Assembly: GCA_035546575.1 (NCBI GenBank)
Contig: DASZWN010000001.1
Coordinates: 1-47,081 of the forward strand
Source: Minisyncoccota bacterium
GTDB lineage: Bacteria > Patescibacteriota > Minisyncoccia > Phycocordibacterales > SBAW01
Direction of reading: 5' to 3'
DNA length: 47,081 nt
A program made the position numbers and the translations under genes. Under the pieces are notes generated by a model. It did no database searches. It worked only from the letters and a program-made list of their open reading frames with translations, and had not been told where the DNA came from. Below, in pieces: positions 9,322 to 18,490 of the stretch; positions within the stretch are counted from its first letter, which is position 1, and each line of letters begins with the position of its first letter.

Positions 9322-10068
9322 TCAGCTAAAAGATGACGTAGGCAAATAGACGCTCCAACGCCTCTCCCCCCTTCTTTCCACCAGGCCCTGAGTTATAAGG
9401 ATAGAAAGTTCCCGCTGGATTGTCTTTTCGCTGCAGCCGCGGACTACATGCGCTATTTCTTTTATTGAAACACCCTTATTTTTCTTCACAAAATCAAGTA
9501 TTAGCGCTGTTCTATTCTGTTGTCCTTTAGAACGGGCGTCGTTGTCCTTAATATGTCCTTTATTTTTGTCCTTTATAGTATGCTGTGTCGCTGACTCAGT
9601 AGATTTAGTAAATACATTGGCTGCTGGCACTTCTAGCGTTTGCCTGCTCCCCTCTATTTCTACAGCAAAATCTTGAGATGAAACAAACGGCGATGGGCGG
9701 TTTTGAGCGGCTACTTTTCTTGCGATAGTCTCGTATTCTTCCACAAGAATAAGGGTATTCTCCTTGCGAATATACCCCTTGGTTGCGCTTAAGCGCACCA
9801 TCGAAAGGAGCGAAAATATATCGGCAAGCACTACTGCCGCTTCGACCTCTTCGGCTATAAAATGGAGCATGGTATGTGGCAATCGGCTCGCTGCGGTGAC
9901 CAACTCTTCAAAGTCTTGGGTGTCTTTAAACGAGGAATCTTGCGCGAGCATGCTGAGCACATGCGCGATCTTTTCTGATTTTAGATAGCAAAAATACCAA
10001 TCGGCTCGTCCTTTAAAAAGAATTGATTTTAAAGCTAGTTCGTGGAAATTTTTATTCGATTCGTCCAT
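9322..10068 (-). CDS. Hypothetical protein with a C-terminal DeoR-like winged-helix DNA-binding domain
   Basis: 248 aa. The C-terminus (RTALILDFVKKNKGVSIKEIAHVVRGCSEKTIQRELSILITQGLVERRGERRWSVY) is a clear HTH/wHTH. The N-terminal helical domain is unassigned. Confidence 0.6.
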   Translation of the reverse strand: MDESNKNFHELALKSILFKGRADWYFCYLKSEKIAHVLSMLAQDSSFKDTQDFEELVTAASRLPHTMLHFIAEEVEAAVVLADIFSLLSMVRLSATKGYIRKENTLILVEEYETIARKVAAQNRPSPFVSSQDFAVEIEGSRQTLEVPAANVFTKSTESATQHTIKDKNKGHIKDNDARSKGQQNRTALILDFVKKNKGVSIKEIAHVVRGCSEKTIQRELSILITQGLVERRGERRWSVYLPTSSFS

Positions 10069-10198
10069 ATTTGTCTTATATACTACCTGTGATGTCTTTT
10101 ACAAAAACCTCCGGAAAATAAGGGACAGCTTCTTGTCTCTTAGGATAGCTCGTATGCCTTGAAACGCAAGCACCTATCCACATGGTATTATTCCCTCC

Positions 10199-12418
10199 AT
10201 GGCGCGCAAAAGTAGCAAGAGCAGCAAGTCTTCTTTCACGCCTGCGATCACGCTCCCGAGCAAGACAAAACGCGCAATCATTATTGTGTTGTTTGTGATT
10301 GTAGGAATGCTTCTTGTGCTTGCGCCTTTTAGCGGCGCAGGCCCGATCGGCGACCAGGCATACACACTGCTTAGATCACTCGTAGGTATTGGATATTTTC
10401 TTCTCCCTATCTTGTTTTTTGTGCTTGCAGGCAATGCAATGCGCGAGCAGGAAGAAACTACCTTTAGCATACTTAAGGGGATCGCGAGTGCGATATTTTT
10501 ACTCTCTGGGCTCGGGTTTGTTGCTATTGTGAGCCAAGACGGCGGCCTCATTGGCGCTACTATCGCGGACCCTCTGGTGCGCCAGTTTGATATCTACGCA
10601 TCTCTCATCGTGCTCGGGGGGCTCGCGCTTATCTCACTGCTGGTCCTTCTTGAGGGGAATATCCCCGTTGAATCTGCCGCTGCTTTAATAACAAAGATTC
10701 GTGGGTTGTTTGGCAAAAAAGAAGAGGTGCTTGAACCCGCGATCAGCGGTATCGCGAGCGCTGCGAACGACCGTCAACTCCCTCCCCGCCAAGAAGAGAC
10801 TGAGGAGGAGACGTACGACGAGGAACCTGTTGTTGCAAAAGCTCCTCAGCGCAATCCGGCACAAGAGCGCGAGACAAGCGCAGCAGCACTCCAAGCGCTC
10901 CTTGGCGAGTACAATCCCCCGCCGCTCTCGCTCCTGGAGCGCGATAAAGGCCGCCCGGGTGTAGGCGATATCAAAGGCAATGCAAATATTATCAAGCGTA
11001 CGCTCCAGAACTTTGGCATAACCGTAGAGCTCGACGAAATCTCGATTGGCCCTTCAGTTACCCGCTACGCTATAAAACCTGCAGAGGGTGTGCGTTTGCA
11101 GAAGATCATCTCGCTCCAGACTAACTTGGAGCTTGCACTTGCGGCTCACCCCGTGCGCATTGAGGCCCCTATACCAGGCAAGTCGCTTGTCGGTATTGAG
11201 GTACCAAATACCTCTAAGGTTACCGTTGGTTTGGGCACGCTGCTTGAGTCGCCGGATTTTAGTGAGTCGCGCAAACCGCTTATGGTAGCGCTGGGTCGCG
11301 ATATCGCCGGGGCCTCGCATTTTGCCAACGTTGCCAAAATGCCGCATGCGCTTATTGCGGGCGCAACCGGATCGGGAAAATCGGTTACAATCCACGCCGT
11401 AATCGCTTCGCTTCTTTTCCGCATGGGGCCGTCGCGCCTGCGCTTCCTGATGATCGACCCAAAGCGGGTTGAACTCACACTCTATAACCCGATTCCGCAT
11501 CTGCTATCTCCTGTTATCACCGATGCTAAGCGCGCCATCACCGCACTGCGCTGGGCAGGAAAGGAGATGGAACGCCGCTACAATATCCTTGAGGAGCATC
11601 GCGTGCGCGATATCGACTCGTATCACGAAAATGTTTTGGCACCTGCCCTTGAGGCACTGCGCAAAAAAGGCGGCCAACCTGACGAGGGGGAGAAAGTGCC
11701 GGAGGGTATGCCCTACATCGTTATCGTAATCGACGAACTTGCCGACATTATGCAGACCTACCCGCGCGAGCTTGAGGGCGCTATCGTGCGCCTGGCGCAG
11801 ATGTCACGTGCTGTCGGTATCCATTTGATAGTCTCAACACAGCGACCGTCGGTGAACGTTATTACTGGTCTCATTAAGGCAAACATTCCTGCGCGCCTGG
11901 CACTCCAGGTAGCATCGCAGATAGACTCGCGCACGATCCTCGACCAGGGCGGTGCCGAGAAACTGCTTGGTGCCGGCGACATGCTCTATCTTTCGGGCGA
12001 CATGGGCAAGCCGGTGCGTTTGCAGAGCGCCTTTATTAGCGAAACGGAGGTAAAGAAGGTTGTGGACTACATTGCCAAAAACAATGAGGCCGAGCTTCCG
12101 GTTGATATTGGAGTTGGTTCAGGATCCTCTGGCAGCAACAGTAACGGAGACTCCGTTGCAACAGGCGGATTCAGCGGCGACGACGAAGAGATCGACGACG
12201 ACATGTACGAGGCTGCACGCGCGGCAGTGCTTGAGGCCGGAAAAGCATCTACCTCGTACCTGCAGCGCAAACTACGCATCGGGTATGCCCGCGCGGCCCG
12301 ACTCATTGATATTCTTGAGGAGCGCGGCGTGATCGGCCCCGGCGACGGCGCAAAGCCTCGAGAGATTCTTGGAGCGCAACCTGTCGACACTCCCCCATCT
12401 CCGAGCGAAGAACTATGA
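10199..12418 (+). CDS. ftsK: DNA translocase FtsK/SpoIIIE
   Basis: 739 aa: N-terminal TM helices, an acidic linker, a motor domain with Walker A (GATGSGKS) and Walker B (IVIVIDELAD), and a C-terminal gamma wHTH (STSYLQRKLRIGYARAARLIDILEERGVIGP). Confidence 0.97.
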   Translation: MARKSSKSSKSSFTPAITLPSKTKRAIIIVLFVIVGMLLVLAPFSGAGPIGDQAYTLLRSLVGIGYFLLPILFFVLAGNAMREQEETTFSILKGIASAIFLLSGLGFVAIVSQDGGLIGATIADPLVRQFDIYASLIVLGGLALISLLVLLEGNIPVESAAALITKIRGLFGKKEEVLEPAISGIASAANDRQLPPRQEETEEETYDEEPVVAKAPQRNPAQERETSAAALQALLGEYNPPPLSLLERDKGRPGVGDIKGNANIIKRTLQNFGITVELDEISIGPSVTRYAIKPAEGVRLQKIISLQTNLELALAAHPVRIEAPIPGKSLVGIEVPNTSKVTVGLGTLLESPDFSESRKPLMVALGRDIAGASHFANVAKMPHALIAGATGSGKSVTIHAVIASLLFRMGPSRLRFLMIDPKRVELTLYNPIPHLLSPVITDAKRAITALRWAGKEMERRYNILEEHRVRDIDSYHENVLAPALEALRKKGGQPDEGEKVPEGMPYIVIVIDELADIMQTYPRELEGAIVRLAQMSRAVGIHLIVSTQRPSVNVITGLIKANIPARLALQVASQIDSRTILDQGGAEKLLGAGDMLYLSGDMGKPVRLQSAFISETEVKKVVDYIAKNNEAELPVDIGVGSGSSGSNSNGDSVATGGFSGDDEEIDDDMYEAARAAVLEAGKASTSYLQRKLRIGYARAARLIDILEERGVIGPGDGAKPREILGAQPVDTPPSPSEEL

Positions 12419-12762
12419 GAAAGTTAGCCCTGCTCATTGCAGTGCTATTGGTGATAGGCTACGGATTTTTTGAGGCACGCAGACTCATTGGCGGCCCCAC
12501 CATTACACTGACCGAGCCGCTGGACGGCACGGCAACATCATCAACAAGTATTGTGATCTCAGGAAATGCTCAGAATATTTCCTTCCTAACCATTAACGAC
12601 GCACCCGCTTTTACCGATGAACAGGGCCATTTTTCAGAAACCCTTTCCCCACCGCCTGGATATGCTATATTCACCGTCGCAGCAACCGATCGTTTTGGGC
12701 GACGCGCTTCTTCACAAGTTCATATTACTGTTTTAAATTACTGCTCAGATTCGGTTAGTTAA
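12415..12762 (+). CDS. Small membrane-anchored protein with an Ig-like ectodomain (hypothetical)
   Basis: 115 aa. The start overlaps the ftsK stop (ATGA). It has an N-terminal TM helix followed by a beta-rich domain. Confidence 0.55.
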   Translation: MRKLALLIAVLLVIGYGFFEARRLIGGPTITLTEPLDGTATSSTSIVISGNAQNISFLTINDAPAFTDEQGHFSETLSPPPGYAIFTVAATDRFGRRASSQVHITVLNYCSDSVS

Positions 12763-12773
12763 CCGAATCTGAG
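12744..12773. terminator. 13-bp perfect palindromic hairpin spanning the stop codon of the 12415 ORF, 28 nt upstream of recA
   Basis: CTCAGATTCGGTT-agtt-AACCGAATCTGAG. No T-run follows, so it could be a terminator, an RNA stabiliser or an operator. Confidence 0.5.
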
Positions 12774-12800
12774 TACATTAACCAGAGTAATCCTATTTAT

Positions 12801-13883
12801 ATGGCACTCAAAGGAAAAGAGAAGAAGCCAGAAAAGACAATGGGCAGCCGCGACCAGAGTGCGATAGATGCGGCTATCCGCGAAATCAAGACTAAATTCG
12901 GCGACGAGGCTATTATGAAGCTCGGTGAACAGCCGAAGGTAAACGTCGACACTATCCCCTCGGGCTCTATCGGCCTTGACTGGGCGCTCGGGATCGGCGG
13001 CTACCCGCGCGGCCGCATAATCGAAATCTTTGGTCCTGAGTCTTCCGGCAAGACCACGCTCACGCTCCATGCTATTGCCGAGGCACAAAAAAAGGGTGGC
13101 ATATGCGCATTTATCGATGCAGAACATGCGCTCGACCCTGAATACGCAAAAAAGATCGGTGTCAAAATCGATGAGCTTCTGCTCTCGCAGCCAGACAACG
13201 GCGAGCAAGCGCTCGAGATCGTCGAGGGCCTCGTGCGCAGCGGCAAGATAGACATTATCGTGGTCGACTCAGTTGCCGCACTCACTCCAAAAGACGAGAT
13301 CGAGGCTGACATGGGCTCCTACCAGGTGGGCAAACAAGCTCGCCTCATGTCGCAGGCATTGCGCAAACTCACTGCGGTGGTAGCAAAATCAAAAACAATC
13401 GTTATTTTCATCAACCAGATCCGCATGCAGATCGGCGTGATGTTCGGCAATCCAGAAACAACGACCGGCGGCAAAGCGCTCAAGTTTTATACCTCGGTGC
13501 GCCTCGATATTCGCCGTGTTGCCCAGATCAAGAAAGGCGAAGAGGTGGTAGGCGGCCGCCACCGCGTAAAGGTAGTCAAAAACAAAGTCGCAGCACCGTT
13601 CCGCGTGACCGAGTTTGACCTTATGTATAACGAGGGCATCTCGACCGAAGGCGAGCTTTTAGCTCTTGGCGAGCGCCTGGGCATCGTACAAAAGAGCGGC
13701 AGCTCCTACTCGTTTGGTGACGAGAAGCTGGGCCGCGGCTACGATGCGTCACGCACATACCTCCGAGAGAATAAAAAAGTTGCAAACGAACTCCTTAAAG
13801 CGATCCGCAAAGGACTTGCCGAAAACGCATCAAGCAAAACTTCGAGTGCTTCGTCCGAAGGATCGGATAGCAGCGACGAGTAG
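12801..13883 (+). CDS. recA: Recombinase RecA
   Basis: 360 aa with canonical RecA motifs ([60 protein letters not shown]) and an acidic C-terminal tail. Confidence 0.99.
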   Translation: MALKGKEKKPEKTMGSRDQSAIDAAIREIKTKFGDEAIMKLGEQPKVNVDTIPSGSIGLDWALGIGGYPRGRIIEIFGPESSGKTTLTLHAIAEAQKKGGICAFIDAEHALDPEYAKKIGVKIDELLLSQPDNGEQALEIVEGLVRSGKIDIIVVDSVAALTPKDEIEADMGSYQVGKQARLMSQALRKLTAVVAKSKTIVIFINQIRMQIGVMFGNPETTTGGKALKFYTSVRLDIRRVAQIKKGEEVVGGRHRVKVVKNKVAAPFRVTEFDLMYNEGISTEGELLALGERLGIVQKSGSSYSFGDEKLGRGYDASRTYLRENKKVANELLKAIRKGLAENASSKTSSASSEGSDSSDE

Positions 13884-14153
13884 CGAGGTTGAGGCAAGCG
13901 TTGCGATAAAGAGCCCCAGCTGTACGATAAGCTGCGTGCCAACGACTGCCGCGATCGTAAAGCCGATAATGCTCGGCACTCCCCCATGCGCCGAGATCGC
14001 AAAGTTCTCTACTACATGAGGCACTGACACAAACGCGCTTATTGCTAGAAATGAGATGACCGCGTAACAAGCAAAAGCGGCTGGTGAAATCAGCTGGCGC
14101 ACGCCATAAATAACGGCAACGCTACCCATAACTTGTTCCTCGATCCGGCTCAT
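13830..14153 (-). CDS. Small membrane protein co-transcribed with the ECF sigma factor (candidate anti-sigma factor)
   Basis: 107 aa with 3 predicted TM helices. Its ATG overlaps the sigma gene stop (ATGA). No zinc-finger anti-sigma motif is visible, so the role is inferred from context only. Confidence 0.5.
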   Translation of the reverse strand: MSRIEEQVMGSVAVIYGVRQLISPAAFACYAVISFLAISAFVSVPHVVENFAISAHGGVPSIIGFTIAAVVGTQLIVQLGLFIATLASTSLLVAAIRSFGRSTRSFA

Positions 14154-14758
14154 ATATTTGTGGTTATTGCTTCGTAAACTTTTCTAAACTCTTTCTTGGC
14201 ACGATGCACGCGAGTTTTTATCGCACCGACCGAAACTCCTTCTGCCTGAGCCATTTCCTCTTGCGACTTGCCTTCCAAAAAGAAACTGGTGAGCGCCCGA
14301 GCAAACAGCTCCGGCATACGCGAGAGCACCGAGGCAACTTCGTCGGTAAACTCTTTCTTTTCAAATTGTCGCAGATTCTTGTCGGGGATAAGAGCCCAGA
14401 TCTCTTCGTCGAGCTCTACCGTGCGGCTCCCCTCTTTTTTGCGCTTTACGTAACTCGTGAGTGCGGTGTTGATTACAATCCGATACGCCCACGAAGAAAA
14501 TGAGGCGCCCTCAACGGTCTCGAACTTGCTTGCGTTGAGATAGATCTTTACAAACGCCTCTTGCACTATATCTTGCGCCGCTTCGTCGTCGCGGACGATA
14601 CTTTTTGCTTTGCGCAAGAATGCCTCTTCGTATTTGCGCACCAGGAGCGCAAACAGCGACGGGTGCGTTATAGAGGCCGCGAGGACGTCCTCGTCTTTTT
14701 GCTCAACTGCCTCGTCTTCTGTAGAGAGGTACCCGCTCATGGCTACACTGTATATCAT
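14150..14758 (-). CDS. RNA polymerase sigma-70 family (ECF-type) sigma factor
   Basis: Region 2 (AAQDIVQEAFVKIYLN...FSSWAYRIVINTA) and region 4 HTH (SQEEMAQAEGVSVGAIKTRVHRAKKEF). The ORF opens with TTG at 14785. The first ATGs are at 14758 and 14740, so the start is uncertain. Confidence 0.88.
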   Translation of the reverse strand: MIYSVAMSGYLSTEDEAVEQKDEDVLAASITHPSLFALLVRKYEEAFLRKAKSIVRDDEAAQDIVQEAFVKIYLNASKFETVEGASFSSWAYRIVINTALTSYVKRKKEGSRTVELDEEIWALIPDKNLRQFEKKEFTDEVASVLSRMPELFARALTSFFLEGKSQEEMAQAEGVSVGAIKTRVHRAKKEFRKVYEAITTNI

Positions 14759-14820
14759 ACGCCTGGCATTTTCTAGAACCCACAAAATAGTTTTCAGGTT
14801 TCTTGTTATACTGACCCTGC

Positions 14821-15252
14821 ATGGACGCTCGTACCCCTCGCCTATTTTTTACCGCAGCCACCGTGTACTTTGCTTGTATCGGCTTTGCAACCCTTATTGC
14901 AAGCGTGGCTACTTGGCATTTTGGACAAGTCTTCCCTGCACTTGCCCTTGCGTATACCGCCATGAATCTGCTGCTCAGCACAGGGTTTTATCTGCGAGAA
15001 AAATGGCTCCTCCCCCTGCTCGCGCTCAATTGCGCTGGCTACACCTGCGTATATGCAGCTGCTTGGGCTCTGGGCAGCGACGTTAGTGTGCTGCGTTTTG
15101 CACTGAGTACAATCTTGGCTGGCGGGACGCTTGGTTTGGTCTATTACTATAGAGATCTTCTTGTGGAACAACCCTATTCTTTATACACAGGAGCGGTCTT
15201 TCTTGGCTTGTGGATTCTAACCTTTACATACACTGCCACAGGGGTGCTATAG
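14821..15252 (+). CDS. Hypothetical 4-TM membrane protein
   Basis: 143-aa hydrophobic ORF, divergent from the sigma factor gene. I recognise no family. Confidence 0.5.
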   Translation: MDARTPRLFFTAATVYFACIGFATLIASVATWHFGQVFPALALAYTAMNLLLSTGFYLREKWLLPLLALNCAGYTCVYAAAWALGSDVSVLRFALSTILAGGTLGLVYYYRDLLVEQPYSLYTGAVFLGLWILTFTYTATGVL

Positions 15253-15259
15253 TAACTGC

Positions 15260-15988
15260 ATGTTTAAATACACCCATATCCGTGCTGCATCTGTACTGGT
15301 AATGCTCTTTTTGGTGTTTGTGCTTATTGCCGCTCCTTTTAATGCCCCGGCACAGGCAGACCCAGTTAGCCTTATTATTGCTTTGGTCGTTGGAGCCGCA
15401 ACGGTAGTGGTTGTCGACTACTTTGTGTGCGGTTTCGATATTTTCTTCTACTGCGATAGGAACGGAAACATTATAGGTAGCGTCGGAAATGGTAACGGCA
15501 CTGGAGGCACCGACTTTGTGCCTATAAACGGAAACAATGGTACTAACGGGAACAATAACGGTAATGGCAACAACGGTAATAACGGTAATGGCAACGCAAT
15601 TGCGTGTCTCAGCACAGAGGTAAACGCCTGCGGTATGCGTGGGAACGGCTTTATCATCAATAACGCATGTAATGCTACCCCTCCGCCAAATAGTTCTTGC
15701 CCTGCCCCTGTTATCGGTGATAAGGGCTTTTATGCAGACCCTGCATCGGTACGCACTGGAGAAAAGTCGAAGCTCTTCTGGAATGTCACCAATGCAACTA
15801 CATGCGACCTCACGGGTGGCGGTCTCACCGGGCAACTTGGCATTGCAATAAAAAATCTCCTGGGGCTTGGTACCAACACGATCAACTCAAAGACGGTCTT
15901 TACGCTCACCTGCCAAAACGGTCTTGGCGGTCCTAAAACATCTAAACAGACTACGGTTAACCTTATTCCTTCTTACCAGGAGGTATAG
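15260..15988 (+). CDS. Secreted/membrane-anchored protein with an Asn/Gly-rich low-complexity region and a Cys-containing C-terminal Ig-like domain
   Basis: 242 aa: signal/anchor (VLVMLFLVFVLIAAPFNAPAQA), a second hydrophobic segment, an NGN repeat tract, then a beta-rich domain (ADPASVRTGEKSKLFWNVTNATTCDL...VFTLTCQN). Confidence 0.6.
   Translation: MFKYTHIRAASVLVMLFLVFVLIAAPFNAPAQADPVSLIIALVVGAATVVVVDYFVCGFDIFFYCDRNGNIIGSVGNGNGTGGTDFVPINGNNGTNGNNNGNGNNGNNGNGNAIACLSTEVNACGMRGNGFIINNACNATPPPNSSCPAPVIGDKGFYADPASVRTGEKSKLFWNVTNATTCDLTGGGLTGQLGIAIKNLLGLGTNTINSKTVFTLTCQNGLGGPKTSKQTTVNLIPSYQEV
15458..15595 (+). repeat. Coding low-complexity tract (AAC/GGT/AAT codon repeats encoding N/G)
   Basis: Encodes NGNIIGSVGNGNGTGGTDFVPINGNNGTNGNNNGNGNNGNNGNGN. 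The DNA shows degenerate aacggtaat-type repeats. Confidence 0.8.
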
Positions 15989-17540
15989 TCTTGAGGTAGA
16001 GCGCCGCAATAACGCTCAGCAGAGCACAAATCCAGAAGGGTACGCTACCCCACTGGTTAAAAAGAGTGCGCACTCCTGGAGCAATATCTACAGAACCGCG
16101 CAAGATACCTCCTGTGCCAAGCGGCATATAAGCGACAACCCTGCCAGTACGGTCGATAATCGCCGACGGGCCGAGCAAAGATGCGCGCACCACAGGGACA
16201 TTATTCTCAACCGCACGGTATTGGGCCGCGCGTAAGCTAAAGAGGCTTGTGATATCGTCCTGGAACATTGCTTCGGAGCCGGCAGCTATCAGTATTCCCG
16301 CGCTTGCGGCCTCTTCGCGCCCCCGGGTCTCGCGATGCACTTCTGAGCACACCAACCCGCCAACAAACACCCCCCCTACTGCAACTGGCGCCGCATTAGG
16401 AGGCCCCGAGATCACATCAAACGGCATCGAGTATAGATCGGCTTTGCGGGCCCAAGTAGGCTCGTAGTCCATAAACGGAAGGAGGGCATGTTTTACAACC
16501 TCTCCCGCTAGCGCCCCATTCTGCCAGAACTGGAACTGCGTTGTAATAGCACCTCCACTCAGAACATTTTCCCAGGTCATGAGTGCTGCACTTTTTGGCG
16601 CGTGCTCCCCTATCCACTTTTTTAATTGCGCCTCAGTCGCAACCACCCACGCATTATCTACAGCAGGGAGCGTCGTGTCACGCGCGACAATTCCCGCAAC
16701 CGGTGAGTCAGGATAGATCAGCAAATCTGGTTTGCCTTGGGCCGCCTCGCTGAGTGTCTGTGCAAGCCACGGGAAAGAAAGCGCTCCGTCGGCACTAACA
16801 GAAGCAAAATTTTTTTCAGACGGGCTGCTGACCTGCACGACAGCAACAGAAAAATCCTTAACGTGTTGCCCCGACGCCATATACAAAGAGTTAGCTGCAG
16901 ACAGGAGCGCGAGTGTCGCAACAAGCGCTCCCCCTGCGTAGACTGCCCTAAGACGACGCTCGGCGGGCAGCAACAATATTTCTGCAATGTAGGTATTGCA
17001 GAGCACTACGATAAGCGACACGAGCGACGCTCCCCCAAGCGCCGCAAAACTCATGAGTAGTGGCAGTGGAGTTACTGCGTGTGAAAACGCTCCGAGGTAA
17101 TAGCCGCCGACCGAAAACTCCGCGATCCGCTCACACATAGCGTATAGCGAGGCGCCTACAAGCGCATTCAGTATTGGAGACTGCGACCTCAGCCGAGCGT
17201 ATGCTGCAAGCCAGAGTCCGAAGAGCGCTCCGTACCCAAGCGTGGCGGTTACAATTCCGCCATAGCGTATAGCGTCGACAAAAAACGGGCTTGCGGGGAG
17301 CCAATTAAACTGCACAACCAGAAAAAACGAGACGGTAAAGGCCAGCATACCCACCGCAATGCCGCCAGCCAAAAACAGATCTCTCGTGCGTGCCGTTGGG
17401 CGCAGAGCGGCAAAGCACAGCGGCACTAATGCCACAAAACACAGCGGCCAGAGATAAAAAGGATAGAAGCACAGTATGAGTAGCCCGCCCGAGAGCATAG
17501 CGCCCACATACCAATGTTTACTGAAGACATTGTATTGCAC
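15963..17540 (-). CDS. lnt: Apolipoprotein N-acyltransferase (Lnt-like; multi-TM N-terminal domain plus C-N hydrolase domain)
   Basis: 525 aa with about 7 N-terminal TM helices and a C-terminal nitrilase-type domain with a Cys motif (GGLVCSEVH). The predicted start is GTG. The 3' end overlaps the convergent 15260 gene by 26 nt. Confidence 0.7.
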   Translation of the reverse strand: MQYNVFSKHWYVGAMLSGGLLILCFYPFYLWPLCFVALVPLCFAALRPTARTRDLFLAGGIAVGMLAFTVSFFLVVQFNWLPASPFFVDAIRYGGIVTATLGYGALFGLWLAAYARLRSQSPILNALVGASLYAMCERIAEFSVGGYYLGAFSHAVTPLPLLMSFAALGGASLVSLIVVLCNTYIAEILLLPAERRLRAVYAGGALVATLALLSAANSLYMASGQHVKDFSVAVVQVSSPSEKNFASVSADGALSFPWLAQTLSEAAQGKPDLLIYPDSPVAGIVARDTTLPAVDNAWVVATEAQLKKWIGEHAPKSAALMTWENVLSGGAITTQFQFWQNGALAGEVVKHALLPFMDYEPTWARKADLYSMPFDVISGPPNAAPVAVGGVFVGGLVCSEVHRETRGREEAASAGILIAAGSEAMFQDDITSLFSLRAAQYRAVENNVPVVRASLLGPSAIIDRTGRVVAYMPLGTGGILRGSVDIAPGVRTLFNQWGSVPFWICALLSVIAALYLKTIPPGKKE

Positions 17541-17635
17541 GAGACCACTATAGCATCAGGCCTGGAGTCTAGGCGGGCTCGACAAACGCCCGTACTTGGG
17601 TACAATGCTCGTATTGCCCTCGGGGCACATTTTTT

Positions 17636-18211
17636 ATGGCAATGCTCGAATATAATGAAATCCTCCCTAAAAAGGTGATCCTTATGGACGGCGCGCCGTA
17701 CGAGGTGCTTGATGCACACGTCTTCCGCAAGCAGCAGCGCAAACCGGTCAATCAGACCAAGTTGCGCCATCTTATAACCGGCAAGGTGACCGAACAGGCG
17801 TTCCACGTGTCAGAAAAGGTTGAAGAGGCTGATCTCTCAACCCGCGAGGTTAAATACCTCTACAGCAACCGCGGCGAGTGGTGGTTTAGCGACGCCAAGA
17901 ATCCGGCTGATCGCTTTAAGCTCTCGACAGATACTATTGGTCCCGCAGGACAGTTCCTCAAACCTAACACCGTACTTGAGGCGCTTGTATTCGACGAGGA
18001 GATCATTGCAGTTAAGATCCCGATTAAAGTCGAGCTTTTGGTAAAAGACGCGCCGCCAGCGGTGCGCGGCAACACCGCCCAGGGCGGAAGCAAGGAGGTC
18101 ACACTCGAGACGGGCGCAACCATTCAGGCCCCCCTATTCATCAACGAGGGCGACATCTTGCGCATCAACACCGAGACCGCAAGCTACGTCGAGCGAGTTG
18201 ATAAGAAATAA
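17636..18211 (+). CDS. efp: Translation elongation factor P
   Basis: 191 aa, colinear by eye with E. coli EF-P (MDGAPYEVLDAH.., TKLRHLITG, C-terminal PLFINEGDILRINTETASYVERV). Confidence 0.93.
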   Translation: MAMLEYNEILPKKVILMDGAPYEVLDAHVFRKQQRKPVNQTKLRHLITGKVTEQAFHVSEKVEEADLSTREVKYLYSNRGEWWFSDAKNPADRFKLSTDTIGPAGQFLKPNTVLEALVFDEEIIAVKIPIKVELLVKDAPPAVRGNTAQGGSKEVTLETGATIQAPLFINEGDILRINTETASYVERVDKK

Positions 18212-18215
18212 ACAA

Positions 18216-18246
18216 AAAAGTCCCGGAGAAATCCGGGGCTTTTTTG
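18216..18246. terminator. Bidirectional intrinsic terminator between efp and rpsR
   Basis: AAAAAAGTCCCGGA-gaaa-TCCGGGGCTTTTTTG. Confidence 0.8.
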
Positions 18247-18258
18247 TCGAACAATATA

Positions 18259-18456
18259 TTACCTTACGATAAACGGAAGGAGTGCCATGAAGCGGGCGCG
18301 CTTGACTGCCTGTGCGAGCTCGCGCTGGTTACCAGCCGAGAGGCCGGTGCGGCGGCGAGACATGATCTTGCCGTGCGGGTTGAGAAACTTCTTCAAAGTC
18401 TCAACATCTTTATAGTCTACATGCTGCAATTGTGTGCCAAATACGTCTTTTTGCAT
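18259..18456 (-). CDS. rpsR: 30S ribosomal protein S18
   Basis: 65 aa with [49 protein letters not shown]. Confidence 0.95.
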   Translation of the reverse strand: MQKDVFGTQLQHVDYKDVETLKKFLNPHGKIMSRRRTGLSAGNQRELAQAVKRARFMALLPFIVR

Positions 18457-18490
18457 AAATATCGCTTACTCTTAATTATTCTAGGTAAAC

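Noticed and set aside
9064-9349. ORFs of 90 and 78 aa in the long gap upstream of the surface-protein gene
   Set aside because: Odd composition, no RBS, and both overlap the 3' end of the 9322..10068 gene on the opposite strand. The gap is more likely promoter/leader DNA.
15458-15595. Short-period DNA repeats that might suggest a CRISPR or VNTR locus
   Set aside because: The repeats are 9 nt or less, degenerate, lack spacers, and are in frame within a CDS encoding an N/G tract. This is not a CRISPR array.
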